Of a stretch of 64,000 nt of DNA, positions 40,715 to 50,880 are shown piece after piece. Location of the stretch: positions 4,224,001 to 4,288,000 of the forward strand of contig OY760175.1 of the NCBI GenBank assembly GCA_963663165.1. Reading direction: 5' to 3'. The translations under genes and the position numbers were made by a program. The stretch's first letter is position 1; each line of letters opens with the position of its first letter. The notes beneath the pieces are model-generated. The model did no database searches, had not been told where the DNA came from, and was given only the letters and a program-made list of their open reading frames with translations. This DNA comes from an uncultured Desulfospira sp. Its GTDB lineage: Bacteria; Desulfobacterota; Desulfobacteria; Desulfobacterales; Desulfobacteraceae.

Positions 40715-41389
40715 TTAAATTTTAGCTGATTCTGACACCTCGGCCAGCCCGTCCGGGTCCTGGATCAGGATATCCTTTGACTCAACCTGGATCAGGGCAA
40801 GGCCGGACAATTTTTTTAACGCCCTTGAAATGGTCTCGGGGGATGTCCCGATGAGGTTGGCCAGCTGGACTTTGGAAACTGGCAGGGTGACACGTTTCTC
40901 GCTGCCCTGTTCAATGGACAGGGTCAGGATATAGGCGGCCAGCCGGGAGGGGACCTCTTTGAGGCTTAAGTTTTCGATCTGTACGGTAAACTCCCGCAGC
41001 CGCCGGGACAAATCCGCCAGCATGTCCATGGCCAGGGCAGGGGTGATGGTGATCAGCTGCACAAACCGGGCCCGGGGCAGAAAAACGATCCGGGAATCTT
41101 CCAGGGCCATGGAGGAGGCGGGAAAGGTCTTTCCCTCAAAGACCGGGACCTCTCCAAATATGTGACCGGGGCCGTAAATATGAAGGATCTGCTCTTTGCC
41201 TTCAAGGGAGAGTTTAAACACTTTGATTTTACCGGTTTGAACGATGTAGAACCCGTCGGCCCTGTCGCCTTCATGGAAAATCATTTCGTCTTTTCCCATG
41301 GTCAGCTGCGTGGCAATGGCGCTGACCGTTTCAAGTTCCCGGTTTGAAAGCCCTGAAAACAAAGGGACGGTTTTTAAAAAGGGGATCAA
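40715..41389 (-). CDS. Crp/Fnr-family regulator (HcpR/Dnr-like)
   Basis: cNMP-binding domain (GHIFGEVP) and HTH LANLIGTSPETISR; TTG start after AAAGGA. Confidence 0.88.
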   Translation of the reverse strand: MIPFLKTVPLFSGLSNRELETVSAIATQLTMGKDEMIFHEGDRADGFYIVQTGKIKVFKLSLEGKEQILHIYGPGHIFGEVPVFEGKTFPASSMALEDSRIVFLPRARFVQLITITPALAMDMLADLSRRLREFTVQIENLSLKEVPSRLAAYILTLSIEQGSEKRVTLPVSKVQLANLIGTSPETISRALKKLSGLALIQVESKDILIQDPDGLAEVSESAKI

Positions 41390-41594
41390 TTTTTTTCCTT
41401 TCTTTTTATGCCCAAATCTATCTGTAAATTATGGTGTTGTAAAGACCGTGAAGACGTTAAGTTTCAGGGCAGATAAGATCTGTGGCATCGCGCTTTTTTC
41501 CTTGTCATTTGATACTGCCGGGGTTAAGTTCTCTAAAAAGAGATCCCCCTGCTTTCCCGTAAGTTAACGACACCTTTTGAAGAGGCTGCAATCC

Positions 41595-42287
41595 ATGTCC
41601 CCGGATGAGAAGACCTTTTTGACACTGTCCCAGGCGGTTGGCGCCCTTGCCGAAGATTTCCGGCAGTACGGCCCCCAGCCGCACATGTGCCATGAAATCG
41701 GGCCGATGATTCTAAAAGACGATTTTAAAACCGGCATGTTCAATCAGCAGAAACGGGCCTGGATCGCCCGCAGCGGCTGCTTTCCTGAGGAGCCGGTGGC
41801 GGACGAGGCGATGGGGTTTTATCTGATCCATATGCTGGAGACAAATAAGATCTGTGCCAAAGATATGGCCAAAATCTGCGGCAGGGTTTTTGAGGCCCCT
41901 GCCCTGGCCGGAGAGCAGGGGGGAGAGCCCGGAATATGGGTCAGAAGCCAGATGGCCGGATTTGCCTGCAACCGGTGCGGACACTGCTGTACCGGGCTGG
42001 GCAATACCTGCACCACAGAAGATTACCGGTTATGGGAACGCCTTGGCCGAACCGATATCCTGGCCTGGGTTAAACCCGAGCCCTCCGGCGGCAACGGCAT
42101 TCAATACCGGATCTGGGTGGATCCCCAAACCGGAACAGAAACCGATTCCTGCCCGTTCCTTGGAAAACAGTCCGGCAAAAAAAGCTTTTTTTGCACCATC
42201 CAGGAAGTCAAACCCCGGGTCTGCCGGGAGTATCCCTTTACCCGAAAGCATGCAAGGCTTACCGGGTGTCCGGGATTTGACGAATAG
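41595..42287 (+). CDS. YkgJ-family CxxCxxCC cysteine-cluster protein
   Basis: CNRCGHCC...CPFL...CTIQEVKPRVCREYP motif. Confidence 0.82.
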   Translation: MSPDEKTFLTLSQAVGALAEDFRQYGPQPHMCHEIGPMILKDDFKTGMFNQQKRAWIARSGCFPEEPVADEAMGFYLIHMLETNKICAKDMAKICGRVFEAPALAGEQGGEPGIWVRSQMAGFACNRCGHCCTGLGNTCTTEDYRLWERLGRTDILAWVKPEPSGGNGIQYRIWVDPQTGTETDSCPFLGKQSGKKSFFCTIQEVKPRVCREYPFTRKHARLTGCPGFDE

Positions 42288-42422
42288 ATGGACTGTTGGC
42301 CACGCCGCTGATATGGTATGCTGATATCGATCTTCCCGTATAACGGGATCATGGCGCGGGAAATGGGGGCTTGTATTTGTAGCGAGAAGAACCACAAGAA
42401 CGACACAGGACGCAGAGAACAA

Positions 42423-44090
42423 ATGATCAAGATTTCAGTTGAACCCATCGGCATAACCATTGAGGCAGAAGACGAACAACCCCTTATGGCATCCCTGGCC
42501 AAAGCCGGGATCAGAATCGAGGCACCCTGCGGGGGCAACCAGATTTGCGGGGCCTGCCGGCTGTGGGTTATGTCCGGCAAGGTCCCTGCCACACCCCACG
42601 AAAATATCGGCCCGGAAGATGAAAAAAAAGGGCTGCGGCTGGCGTGTATGGCAGTTCCCGAAGGGGATGTCACCATCCGTCTGGAGAATAACTTTGCCTA
42701 TGATAAACAGAACATGGACCAGGGCCGGATCCTTGGACAAACCCTTAAATCCGGGAATGGAATAAGCAATCCGGCAGTAAAAATAGACCAGGGACCCAAT
42801 GGATTTCAACTATGGTACGATAATCAGGCTGAGCCTGCGGCCCTGGAGAGCTGGCAGCCCGGTGACAGGCCCACGGGCCTTGCTATTGATATCGGCACCA
42901 CCACCATGGTCATTTCCCTGGTGTCGTTAAATACCGGGGCCGTCCTCTCCTCTGCTTCCCGTTTGAATCCCCAGGTCGCCCACGGCCATGATGTCCTCAC
43001 CCGGATCAATTACGCCAATACCCCTGAAAAGATAGACGAAATGGGGGATCTGGTGCAGCAAAAGCTCAATGCCATGCTCAAAGAGGCCTGTGCCGCCGCC
43101 GGCATCAGGCCCCGGGAGATTATCGATGTGGCCATCGGCGCCAATACCACCATGCTTCAGATGGCCGCCAAAATGGACTGCGCCGCCATTGGCAGGGCCC
43201 CGTTTGTTTTTGACATCAAAGGGGGGGAAAGCTTCAGCGCGGCCAAATGGGGACTTAATGTGAACAGGGCGGCCAGGGTCTATCTGCCGCCGGTAATGCA
43301 CGCCTTTGTGGGAACGGACATCACGGCGGGCCTGTTGTTGTGGCCGGATTTTTTTGATGAAGACAAGTCTGTTTTATATCTGGACATGGGCACCAACGGC
43401 GAACTTTGCCTGAATGTAAAGGGAAACCGGTTTACCACCTCCACGGCTGCCGGCCCCGCTTTTGAGGGCATGGGCCTGTCCACGGGCATGCGGGCCACGG
43501 ACGGGGCCGTGGAAAAGGTCGTGTGCCGGGAGGGGTGGTTTGCATTTGAAACCATTGGTGACGGACCCGCCAAAGGGATCTGCGGCAGCGGTATTATTGA
43601 TTTTCTGGCCGTGCTGCTGGACTCCGGGTATCTGGAGCCCAGCGGCCGGTTTTCAAAACCCGGGTCCGACGATATTTATATTTTGGAGGATGAAGACCAG
43701 GTTAAGTTCAAATACGGGCAGGACCTGTATCTGACCCAGAAAGATATCCGGCAGATCCAGCTGGCCAAAGGGGCCGTGAGAACCGGTATTGATCTAATTC
43801 TGGAGGCCGGGGGCATCACGGCCGGGGACCTGGATAAAATTTTTATCGCGGGGGGATTCGGCAATTATCTTCGCCCGGCCCACATGGAAAGAATCGGCCT
43901 GATTCCCCCTGACACCGCCACAAAAATTTTCTTTTGCGGAAACGCCTCCATAGACGGCAGCACCGCCCTTCTGGCCGATAAAGAAACCCGCACCTTTATC
44001 GAAAAAGGCTTAAAAACGATGACCTACGTGGAACTGGCCAGCCAGCCCAAGTTTATGAAGCATTTTGTCAACAGCCTTCAATTTCCATAG
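42423..44090 (+). CDS. ASKHA-domain reductive activator of corrinoid proteins (RACE/RACo type) with an N-terminal 2Fe-2S domain
   Basis: CGGNQICGAC...RLAC, IDIGTTT, DMGTNGE, AAGPAFEG and AGGFG motifs. Confidence 0.9.
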   Translation: MIKISVEPIGITIEAEDEQPLMASLAKAGIRIEAPCGGNQICGACRLWVMSGKVPATPHENIGPEDEKKGLRLACMAVPEGDVTIRLENNFAYDKQNMDQGRILGQTLKSGNGISNPAVKIDQGPNGFQLWYDNQAEPAALESWQPGDRPTGLAIDIGTTTMVISLVSLNTGAVLSSASRLNPQVAHGHDVLTRINYANTPEKIDEMGDLVQQKLNAMLKEACAAAGIRPREIIDVAIGANTTMLQMAAKMDCAAIGRAPFVFDIKGGESFSAAKWGLNVNRAARVYLPPVMHAFVGTDITAGLLLWPDFFDEDKSVLYLDMGTNGELCLNVKGNRFTTSTAAGPAFEGMGLSTGMRATDGAVEKVVCREGWFAFETIGDGPAKGICGSGIIDFLAVLLDSGYLEPSGRFSKPGSDDIYILEDEDQVKFKYGQDLYLTQKDIRQIQLAKGAVRTGIDLILEAGGITAGDLDKIFIAGGFGNYLRPAHMERIGLIPPDTATKIFFCGNASIDGSTALLADKETRTFIEKGLKTMTYVELASQPKFMKHFVNSLQFP

Positions 44091-44095
44091 GGATA

Positions 44096-44164
44096 TAGTC
44101 TGAAGGCGGTTAGGCTGAAGGGTTGCACGATCCTAAGTCCCTTCAGCCTTCAGTCTAAACCCCT
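44096..44164. repeat. REP-like palindromic element, copy 2, between convergent genes
   Basis: 58/69 identical to 36559-36627. Confidence 0.8.
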
Positions 44165-44166
44165 TT

Positions 44167-45138
44167 TTACTTAACTGCCGCAATCATGGCCTTGATATTA
44201 TCCATGGGCGCGTTGGGCGGGACGTCACATCCGGTGCTGAGGATAAAATTTTCTTTTCCCTGCATGGCATCCAGCAGCTCCCGGCACCGGTGCTTAACCG
44301 AGTCGGCATCCCCAAAGGTCACCACGGAAACCGGATCAACATTGCCGATCAGCACCGTATCATGTTGCAATGACTGATGCGCATTGGGAAAATTCACCTG
44401 TTTGTCCAGACTAAGGGCGTCCGGGCCTGTTTTTTCCATTTCCGCGATCAAGTGGCTGGTATCCCCGCAGATGTGCAGGATGCTGATCTGTTTAATCCCT
44501 TCTCTAATAATGTGTTGACAATACCGGCCGGAGAATTCCTCAAACTGAACGGGTGATATCATCATGGCGGAAGGTTCAAGGATGCAGATCAGGTCTGCCC
44601 CGGCATTTTCCAGCAACCTGATATAGTCCATAATCACCCGGCTCGCATATGAAAGAAGCTGGTGAAGCATGTCCGGGTTTTTCCGTGTCGCTTTCATGAC
44701 ACGGTTGATGCCCATGATTTCACAGGCTAAGGTAAAGGGGCCGATTACATATGACCCCACAGGGATATCCAGTTCTTTTTTCACCCCGGCCGCAACTTCG
44801 GCAAAAAGAGGCATTCTGCCGCCGGTGACTTTGTTCTCAAAGATTTCTTCGACATGGTCTGCATCCTCCAGCAGCCCTTTGGCCACGGCCGGCGGATCAT
44901 TATCGGAAATTTTTAATTCACACCCCAGGAATTGGGCCTCCACGGTCAGGTCCATCATGGTGAACAGGGCATCGGGCCTTGTCTCTGCCCCAAGGGCCAG
45001 TAACGCGTTAATTTGTGCCTGAGGATCAAAAAGCGCTTCTTTAATCGAGACCCCTGTCAGCTGGATTCCGGGAAATCCCATAAGGGGGATAACAGGGGTA
45101 CGGTCAAAATTATTCATAAATATTTTAAGGGGATTCAC
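44167..45138 (-). CDS. MtaA/CmuA-like (URO-D fold) methyltransferase
   Basis: DLTVEA, GPFTLA, LHICG, GNVDP and ILSTGCD motifs. Confidence 0.88.
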   Translation of the reverse strand: MNPLKIFMNNFDRTPVIPLMGFPGIQLTGVSIKEALFDPQAQINALLALGAETRPDALFTMMDLTVEAQFLGCELKISDNDPPAVAKGLLEDADHVEEIFENKVTGGRMPLFAEVAAGVKKELDIPVGSYVIGPFTLACEIMGINRVMKATRKNPDMLHQLLSYASRVIMDYIRLLENAGADLICILEPSAMMISPVQFEEFSGRYCQHIIREGIKQISILHICGDTSHLIAEMEKTGPDALSLDKQVNFPNAHQSLQHDTVLIGNVDPVSVVTFGDADSVKHRCRELLDAMQGKENFILSTGCDVPPNAPMDNIKAMIAAVK

Positions 45139-45155
45139 TTAAAGCTCTCCTTTTT

Positions 45156-45809
45156 CTACGCAGACTTCAGTGAAAGGATGCGCTCGGCTTCCGTTACGGC
45201 AGACACCGCATCGGCAGCATAGCCGTCCGCACCGAATTTTTCGGCGATTTCTTTGGTAACCGGCGCCCCCCCGACCATGACCAGAACGTTGGGGTCGCAG
45301 GATTTGAGCATGGGGATTAGCTTTTCTATGGCCATCATGGTAGTGGTCATTAATGTGGAAACAGCGATAATATCCGCCCCGATGCGCTGGTGTTCCTCCA
45401 CAAAACGGGCCATGGGAACGTCTTCACCCAAATCATGCACCTTGAAACCGTTGGCGTTCAGCATCAGTTTGACCAGGTTCTTCCCAATGGCGTGGATATC
45501 CCCTTCTACCGTGCCCAGAATAACGTTTCCCTTGGACTGGGTTTCCATGGTTTTGGTGATGTGCGGGCGCAACACCTTTAATCCCTCTTCCATGGCATCG
45601 GCGCACAGCAGGACCTCGGGAACAAAATATTCCTGGCGCTTGAATAATTCCCCGGCCTTGGCCATGCCCTGGGCCAGCCCGTTTAAAATGGCTTCTGTCA
45701 CATCAATATTGTTTTCTATGACTTCATTGGCTGCCATGCGCGCATCGTCTTCTTCGAATTTGAGTACGGCCTCGCTGAGTTTTGCAAAAATTTCCTGTTT
45801 GGATGCCAT
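45156..45809 (-). CDS. Corrinoid protein (MtaC/MtbC type)
   Basis: YFVPEVL, GDIHAIGKNLV, STLMTTTM and VGGAP motifs. Confidence 0.93.
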   Translation of the reverse strand: MASKQEIFAKLSEAVLKFEEDDARMAANEVIENNIDVTEAILNGLAQGMAKAGELFKRQEYFVPEVLLCADAMEEGLKVLRPHITKTMETQSKGNVILGTVEGDIHAIGKNLVKLMLNANGFKVHDLGEDVPMARFVEEHQRIGADIIAVSTLMTTTMMAIEKLIPMLKSCDPNVLVMVGGAPVTKEIAEKFGADGYAADAVSAVTEAERILSLKSA

Positions 45810-45835
45810 TGTTTAACTCCTCTAATCGTTACCGG

Positions 45836-46894
45836 TTAATACCATCCGAAATCATCCACAGCGCGTTTCATGGCCATGATATTGTCGGGGGGTGACTTGG
45901 GGGGCAATGCGCAGCCCGGAGCAAAGATAAATCCGTTGGCCAGGTTTTTGCCTTGTTCGATTATCCGTTTAGACGCCTGGTAAACCTCTTCTTCAGATCC
46001 GGATTGAATCAGGCTTGGGTCCAGATTGCCGATAATAATATCATTGGGAAAATATTCAGCGGCGCGGTCCAGATCAACTTCGTGGCCAAAGCTGACAAAG
46101 CCGGGATTCCCCATGGGGATGTTCTGCCAGTGGGGCAGATTCATGTTCTGCTCGCCGCAAATGTGTTTGAGCATGGTGGTAAAGCCCATCTCTATCAGCC
46201 GGTTGTGCAATCTTTGGGTATGGGGCAATGCAAAGGCTTCAAACATTTTAGGGGAAATCAGTTGATTGGATGCGGCCGGTTCACCGCCAAAGATCACTAT
46301 TTTCTCGGTCCCGAACAAGTCTTTGATATGCTGGGCCAGGCGTTCTAAAAACGTAACGGTTTTTTCCAGCAGCTGGTGGGCGGCCTCGGGCTGCCGGATC
46401 AGCCACCGTGAAAAAAGCGAAGCCCCGGCAATGTTGGATGCAAAGGTAAAAACCCCTTCAAGCTGGCACATCAGCCGCCAGGGTTTAATGTCATCGGTTT
46501 CGGACAGCACCTTCTGGTAAAATTCCATCTGCCGCGGCACCATCCCCGTCAAGGGAGATTCGGGAACTTCAAGCTCAAAGGCCTCTTCAGGGCATGTGAC
46601 CGGATGTTTCAGAACCGAGGGGGCCTGGGAAAATTCACCGTCCGGCCATTTGATTTCTCCGCCCATTTCCCACGCCCCCATGGAGGCGTATGCAAGGTAT
46701 GGCGTATAAAGCCAGCCGTATTGTGACGCGGTCTTGCGGTAATTTTCCAACGTGGTTGAAAAATCATTGTAGAGCGTCACGATGGGGTAGTTGTTGCTGA
46801 CCATGGCAAAGCCATTGCCGCCAAGTGCAAAAATGGGGACTTTATCAGGTTTGTGACCTGCCATTAATGCATTGATTCGTTCTGCATCGTTCAT
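45836..46894 (-). CDS. URO-D-fold corrinoid methyltransferase
   Basis: EPAAS..ISP, KHICG, GNLDP and FAPGCALP motifs; AGGAGG precedes ATG 46894. Confidence 0.87.
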   Translation of the reverse strand: MNDAERINALMAGHKPDKVPIFALGGNGFAMVSNNYPIVTLYNDFSTTLENYRKTASQYGWLYTPYLAYASMGAWEMGGEIKWPDGEFSQAPSVLKHPVTCPEEAFELEVPESPLTGMVPRQMEFYQKVLSETDDIKPWRLMCQLEGVFTFASNIAGASLFSRWLIRQPEAAHQLLEKTVTFLERLAQHIKDLFGTEKIVIFGGEPAASNQLISPKMFEAFALPHTQRLHNRLIEMGFTTMLKHICGEQNMNLPHWQNIPMGNPGFVSFGHEVDLDRAAEYFPNDIIIGNLDPSLIQSGSEEEVYQASKRIIEQGKNLANGFIFAPGCALPPKSPPDNIMAMKRAVDDFGWY

Positions 46895-46911
46895 GTATCC
46901 TCCTTGCATGA

Positions 46912-48150
46912 CTAAGTTGCGTTTAAGGTAGGCCAATCTATCATTGCGCTGAACGGGTCCCAGGACCGCGCCAAAGTGATTGCTTTTTTAATGCTTCCAA
47001 TATGTGTTAACCCGTTGATGAGGTTGGCACCGATTAACCGTTCGTCCTCAAATACCAGCAGGTTAAAACCGCTGTCGCTTTCAGGTTCTCCGGTTATGGA
47101 GACCTGGATGTTTTCCCCCTGGCGGTGGACATCCCCGATCTGGGCATAGGTCCAGTCAAAAAACGGGCTGACATGCTGGGGGACAAGCCCCGGATGAGAG
47201 GCCGTTTTTCCGGCCATATTGATGCCGGCGGTCCGGCCCTGGTAACAGGCATTTCCCCAGGTGCCAAGCCAGGCCTGTTGGCCGGTTTGCCGGTTGAGGC
47301 CCTGGCACACGTCTCCGGCCGCATAAAGCGTATCCATATTGGTCCGCATCTGATCGTTCACCAGAACGGCCTGGTCCACGGCCACCCGGCTTTTGTCCAG
47401 GAACTGGATATTGGGCCGGATCCCTGTGCAAACAGCCACAAAGTCGGCCTGCTCCATGACCTCATCGGGAAAAAAGCAGCAGACCCCTTCGTCGTCCTGT
47501 TCCATGCTTTCCATACTGCATCCGATACGGATTTCAATGCCCCGGCGTTGAAAATACGCTGCCAGCCGGGCCGCCGTTTCCGGATGGGCACCCCGGGGCA
47601 GCAGCTGGGATGCCACGTCCAGCAAAATAACCCTGGCACCTCGCCGGTGAAGGATTTCGGCAAGCTTGACCCCGACAAAAGAGGCCCCGAGGACAACGAC
47701 TTTCTTTGCGGTCTGCATGGCCTTTTCAATGGCCAGGGTGCTGTCGGCCGACCGCAGGACAAAGGCGCTGGAAGCGTCTTGCAGGCCGGGAACCGGTGGA
47801 ATGACGGGACTGGCACCGGTGGCGATGAGGCATTTGTCATAAGCCAGGGTGTTCCCATTTTTCATTTGCACCGACTGGTTCAAGGCATCCAGGTGTTCCA
47901 CCCCTGATCCAAAATGGCAGGTGACATCATAGCGCCGGTAAAAATCCGGGCCAAAGGGGAAACACTGCTTCCAGGACAACTTGCCTTTCAGGTAATAAGG
48001 CGCCAGCATGGGGTTAAAGGCCGGACCGTCCGTGTCCGACACCAGGTGAATCTCCCCCCCAAACCCGGCGGACCTGGCCCCCATGACGGCATGGGCGGCA
48101 GCGCCGCCGTTGCCCAGGATGGCGATTTGCTGGCTGGTGGTCCGTTTCAT
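46912..48150 (-). CDS. FAD/NAD(P)-dependent pyridine nucleotide oxidoreductase
   Basis: ILGNGGAA, IATGA, VLGASFVG and YAAGD motifs. Confidence 0.87.
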   Translation of the reverse strand: MKRTTSQQIAILGNGGAAAHAVMGARSAGFGGEIHLVSDTDGPAFNPMLAPYYLKGKLSWKQCFPFGPDFYRRYDVTCHFGSGVEHLDALNQSVQMKNGNTLAYDKCLIATGASPVIPPVPGLQDASSAFVLRSADSTLAIEKAMQTAKKVVVLGASFVGVKLAEILHRRGARVILLDVASQLLPRGAHPETAARLAAYFQRRGIEIRIGCSMESMEQDDEGVCCFFPDEVMEQADFVAVCTGIRPNIQFLDKSRVAVDQAVLVNDQMRTNMDTLYAAGDVCQGLNRQTGQQAWLGTWGNACYQGRTAGINMAGKTASHPGLVPQHVSPFFDWTYAQIGDVHRQGENIQVSITGEPESDSGFNLLVFEDERLIGANLINGLTHIGSIKKAITLARSWDPFSAMIDWPTLNAT

Positions 48151-48680
48151 TTTAACCCGCCGTCCTGGCTTTTCAAAAAGCTTTTGAGTATGTTCACTGA
48201 CGCCTCGCTGGTTCTTTGGGCCGCAATGTCGTCGGTATAGCCGAACTGCAAGGCCCCGGTGGTGCAGGTTCGCACACAGGCCGGGTCCAGTCCGTTTTCA
48301 ATGCGTGTAATGCAAAGATCACATTTAATCATTCTGCCGTCTCCGGCAAATTTAGGCGCGCCAAAGGGACAGGCCAGTTCACAGCTGTGGCAGCCGATAC
48401 AAAGGTCCCGGTCAATGTCCACCACCCCGGTCTCAGAATGCCTGAAAATAGCCCCCGTAGGACAGACCATCAGGCAGGGCGCATCCCCGCAGTGCATGCA
48501 GGAAAGCGAAATATGGGCCACCGTGGCCGGATAGTCCCCCTGTTCCAGGCCGGTCACCTGGCGCAGGGCCGTATCCGGCGCTTTAAAATCGTTCTGGTCC
48601 CGGCAGGCCACCACACAGGCCATACAGCCCGAACAATGTTGCGCATTAAACGTGAAGGCCAGTGTTTTATTTGTAACCAT
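48147..48680 (-). CDS. DmsB-type 4x[4Fe-4S] electron-transfer subunit
   Basis: CSGCMACVVAC, CMHC..APC..VCP, CIGCHSCELACP and KCDLC...PAC motifs. Confidence 0.92.
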   Translation of the reverse strand: MVTNKTLAFTFNAQHCSGCMACVVACRDQNDFKAPDTALRQVTGLEQGDYPATVAHISLSCMHCGDAPCLMVCPTGAIFRHSETGVVDIDRDLCIGCHSCELACPFGAPKFAGDGRMIKCDLCITRIENGLDPACVRTCTTGALQFGYTDDIAAQRTSEASVNILKSFLKSQDGGLK

Positions 48681-48695
48681 ATGTATCCTTTCCCT

Positions 48696-50831
48696 TTAAG
48701 CCTTTTTGATTTCACAGAGCAGCGATTTAAATCCGGGGAATCCTGAAATCGGGTCCAGGTAATCCGGGTCAATCATCTGGTTGACCTCAATTTCCGGCCA
48801 GCCGTGAAACATGTTCACCAGCCCGGGGCCAAGGGTTGCCGTGATTTGGGCCTTAACGGCAACCTGTCCGCGATGGGTCGATAAAATAACATCATCATTA
48901 TTGCCAATCCCCCTTTGCGCGGCATCTTCCGGGTTCATCAGCACGGTGGGATGCGGGAGAAGGGAGCGGTCCCACGCATTTCTGAAGGTCCGGGAATGCA
49001 CGTACATGGGGACCCGGATCCCGGTCCCCAGGACCAGGGGAAATTTTTGGGCCGCTTCAGGGGCGGACACCGGGCTTAAGGCCGGTTCCTGATAAACCGG
49101 CAGGGGATCTAAGCCCGCTTCTTTCAAATCAGTGGATGTAAATTCCATTTTGCCGCTGGGCGTGGGAAATCCGTTGGTTTCATATTTTCGAAAGGGGGGA
49201 TTTTCCAGGTTTTCCACGGTCAAGCCGGCCGGATGCTGTTTGAGCTGTTCCAAGGTGAGGCCTGAAGGTTCAAGAATCCAGTCCAGACAGGCTTCATAGC
49301 CCTGGCTCATGAGGGGATCATCCGGTGCAATCCGCCGGGCCAGATCAAAAATAATGTCGCTGTCCGGTTTGGACTGGCCAAGGGGCTCAATGGCCGGTTG
49401 GGTATAAATCACATGGTTTCCCGGGTAAATCCGCAACTCACTGCGCTCAAAGGAAGTGCAGGCGGGCAGCAGGATATCGGCCTGTCTGGCCGTATCGGTC
49501 ATGAAAAGATCAACGTTGACGAACAGATCCAGCTGGTCAAGGCCGGCCAGCAGGGCATCGTTTCCCGGCCACATGCGCTGATTGTACCCAAATGCCACCA
49601 GGGCACGAATGGGATACGGTTTGCCGCTGGCCAACTGTTCCGGCAACGCCATGGCCTGGGCCTCATTGACCATCCGGCACCAGAGGGGAAATTGTTCCTG
49701 TCCTACCCGGGGGGGCAGTTCATCCAATGGTTTTGGAAAGATAAATTCGCGCTGCCGGGTTGGAATGGCTGTGGATACATGAAGCCAGGATTCGGGCATG
49801 ACATAATTGCCGCCGGGAACATCATAGTTGCCGGTCAGGCCGGAAAGGCAGATAATGGCCCGATGGTTCTGTACGCCGTTGGTATGGTGAACCGTCGGGC
49901 TTGCACTGGTCATGATGGATCCTGCCCGGGCCCCGGCAAACAGGCGGGCGGCTGCCACAATCTTTTCTGCCGGCACCCCGGTGATCGCCTGGGTTCGTTC
50001 CGGTGTGAACTCCTGTACCAGGGCTTTGTATTCATCAAATCCCAGGGTCCACCTGGAAATAAAATCTTTATCAAACCGGTTTTCCCGGATAATGACATGG
50101 GCCATGCCCAGGGCCAGTGCGCCGTCGGTTCCCGGGCGCAGTCCAAGCCGGATGTCCGCATACCGGGTCTGGTGGGTGACAACCGGGCTGACCTCAATAA
50201 TTTTCAACCCCCTTTTCCGGGCAGCGATGAGTTTTTTGGCCCCGGGCGTTGAGGAATTAAACGCATTTTTACTCCACAGCATCAGACAGTCGGAATGTTT
50301 AACATCCGGGCCGCCCCAGCGGCCATAGGTCAGCTTGGCCGCAATGACCGTGGCATAAAAGCAGGTGCTGGATTCGGTGGCAAAATTGGGCGTCCCGAAA
50401 CTGATGCCCAACCGCTGGGCAAAGGGGCGCAGCCATTTGGTATACCCGACCCCGAACACCACGGACTCAGGGCCGGATTCCGCCTTAATGGAAAGCAGTT
50501 TGCCGGCTATTTCCGAATATGCCTCTTCCCAGCTGATGGCTTTAAACCGGCCGCTGCCCCGGGGACCGGTCCGTTTCATTGGCGCCATCAGGCGGTCTTT
50601 GTTGTAGATATACTGCCGGCTGGCCGCCCCTTTTGAACACAAGGTGCCCCGGTTCTGGGGAAAAGAGCCCATGCCTTCAACCTTAATGACCTTTCCGTCT
50701 TTGACATAGGCATTGATGCCGCAGCTGGACGAGCCGCTTTCGCAAATGGCACAGATGGTTTTTTTTATTTCGATACCGGTTTCCTTGCAGGGTATCTTAT
50801 TTATTTCCAGGCGTTGAAGATCTGTCAGCAT
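48696..50831 (-). CDS. Cytoplasmic Mo/W-bisPGD oxidoreductase (DMSO reductase superfamily, probable Cys metal ligand)
   Basis: CAIC-x6-C...LCSKG Fe-S motif, SSTCF, PGTDGALALG and ADILLPA motifs; no twin-arginine signal. Confidence 0.9.
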   Translation of the reverse strand: MLTDLQRLEINKIPCKETGIEIKKTICAICESGSSSCGINAYVKDGKVIKVEGMGSFPQNRGTLCSKGAASRQYIYNKDRLMAPMKRTGPRGSGRFKAISWEEAYSEIAGKLLSIKAESGPESVVFGVGYTKWLRPFAQRLGISFGTPNFATESSTCFYATVIAAKLTYGRWGGPDVKHSDCLMLWSKNAFNSSTPGAKKLIAARKRGLKIIEVSPVVTHQTRYADIRLGLRPGTDGALALGMAHVIIRENRFDKDFISRWTLGFDEYKALVQEFTPERTQAITGVPAEKIVAAARLFAGARAGSIMTSASPTVHHTNGVQNHRAIICLSGLTGNYDVPGGNYVMPESWLHVSTAIPTRQREFIFPKPLDELPPRVGQEQFPLWCRMVNEAQAMALPEQLASGKPYPIRALVAFGYNQRMWPGNDALLAGLDQLDLFVNVDLFMTDTARQADILLPACTSFERSELRIYPGNHVIYTQPAIEPLGQSKPDSDIIFDLARRIAPDDPLMSQGYEACLDWILEPSGLTLEQLKQHPAGLTVENLENPPFRKYETNGFPTPSGKMEFTSTDLKEAGLDPLPVYQEPALSPVSAPEAAQKFPLVLGTGIRVPMYVHSRTFRNAWDRSLLPHPTVLMNPEDAAQRGIGNNDDVILSTHRGQVAVKAQITATLGPGLVNMFHGWPEIEVNQMIDPDYLDPISGFPGFKSLLCEIKKA

Positions 50832-50880
50832 TAAATTTGGATTCCTTAACTCATTGAAGGTTTCAATTATAACGGTTTGT

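Noticed and set aside
48696..50831. Specific assignment as acetylene hydratase, DMSO reductase or formate dehydrogenase
   Set aside because: Only superfamily motifs are recognisable; there is no Tat signal and no in-frame TGA, and the substrate needs phylogeny.
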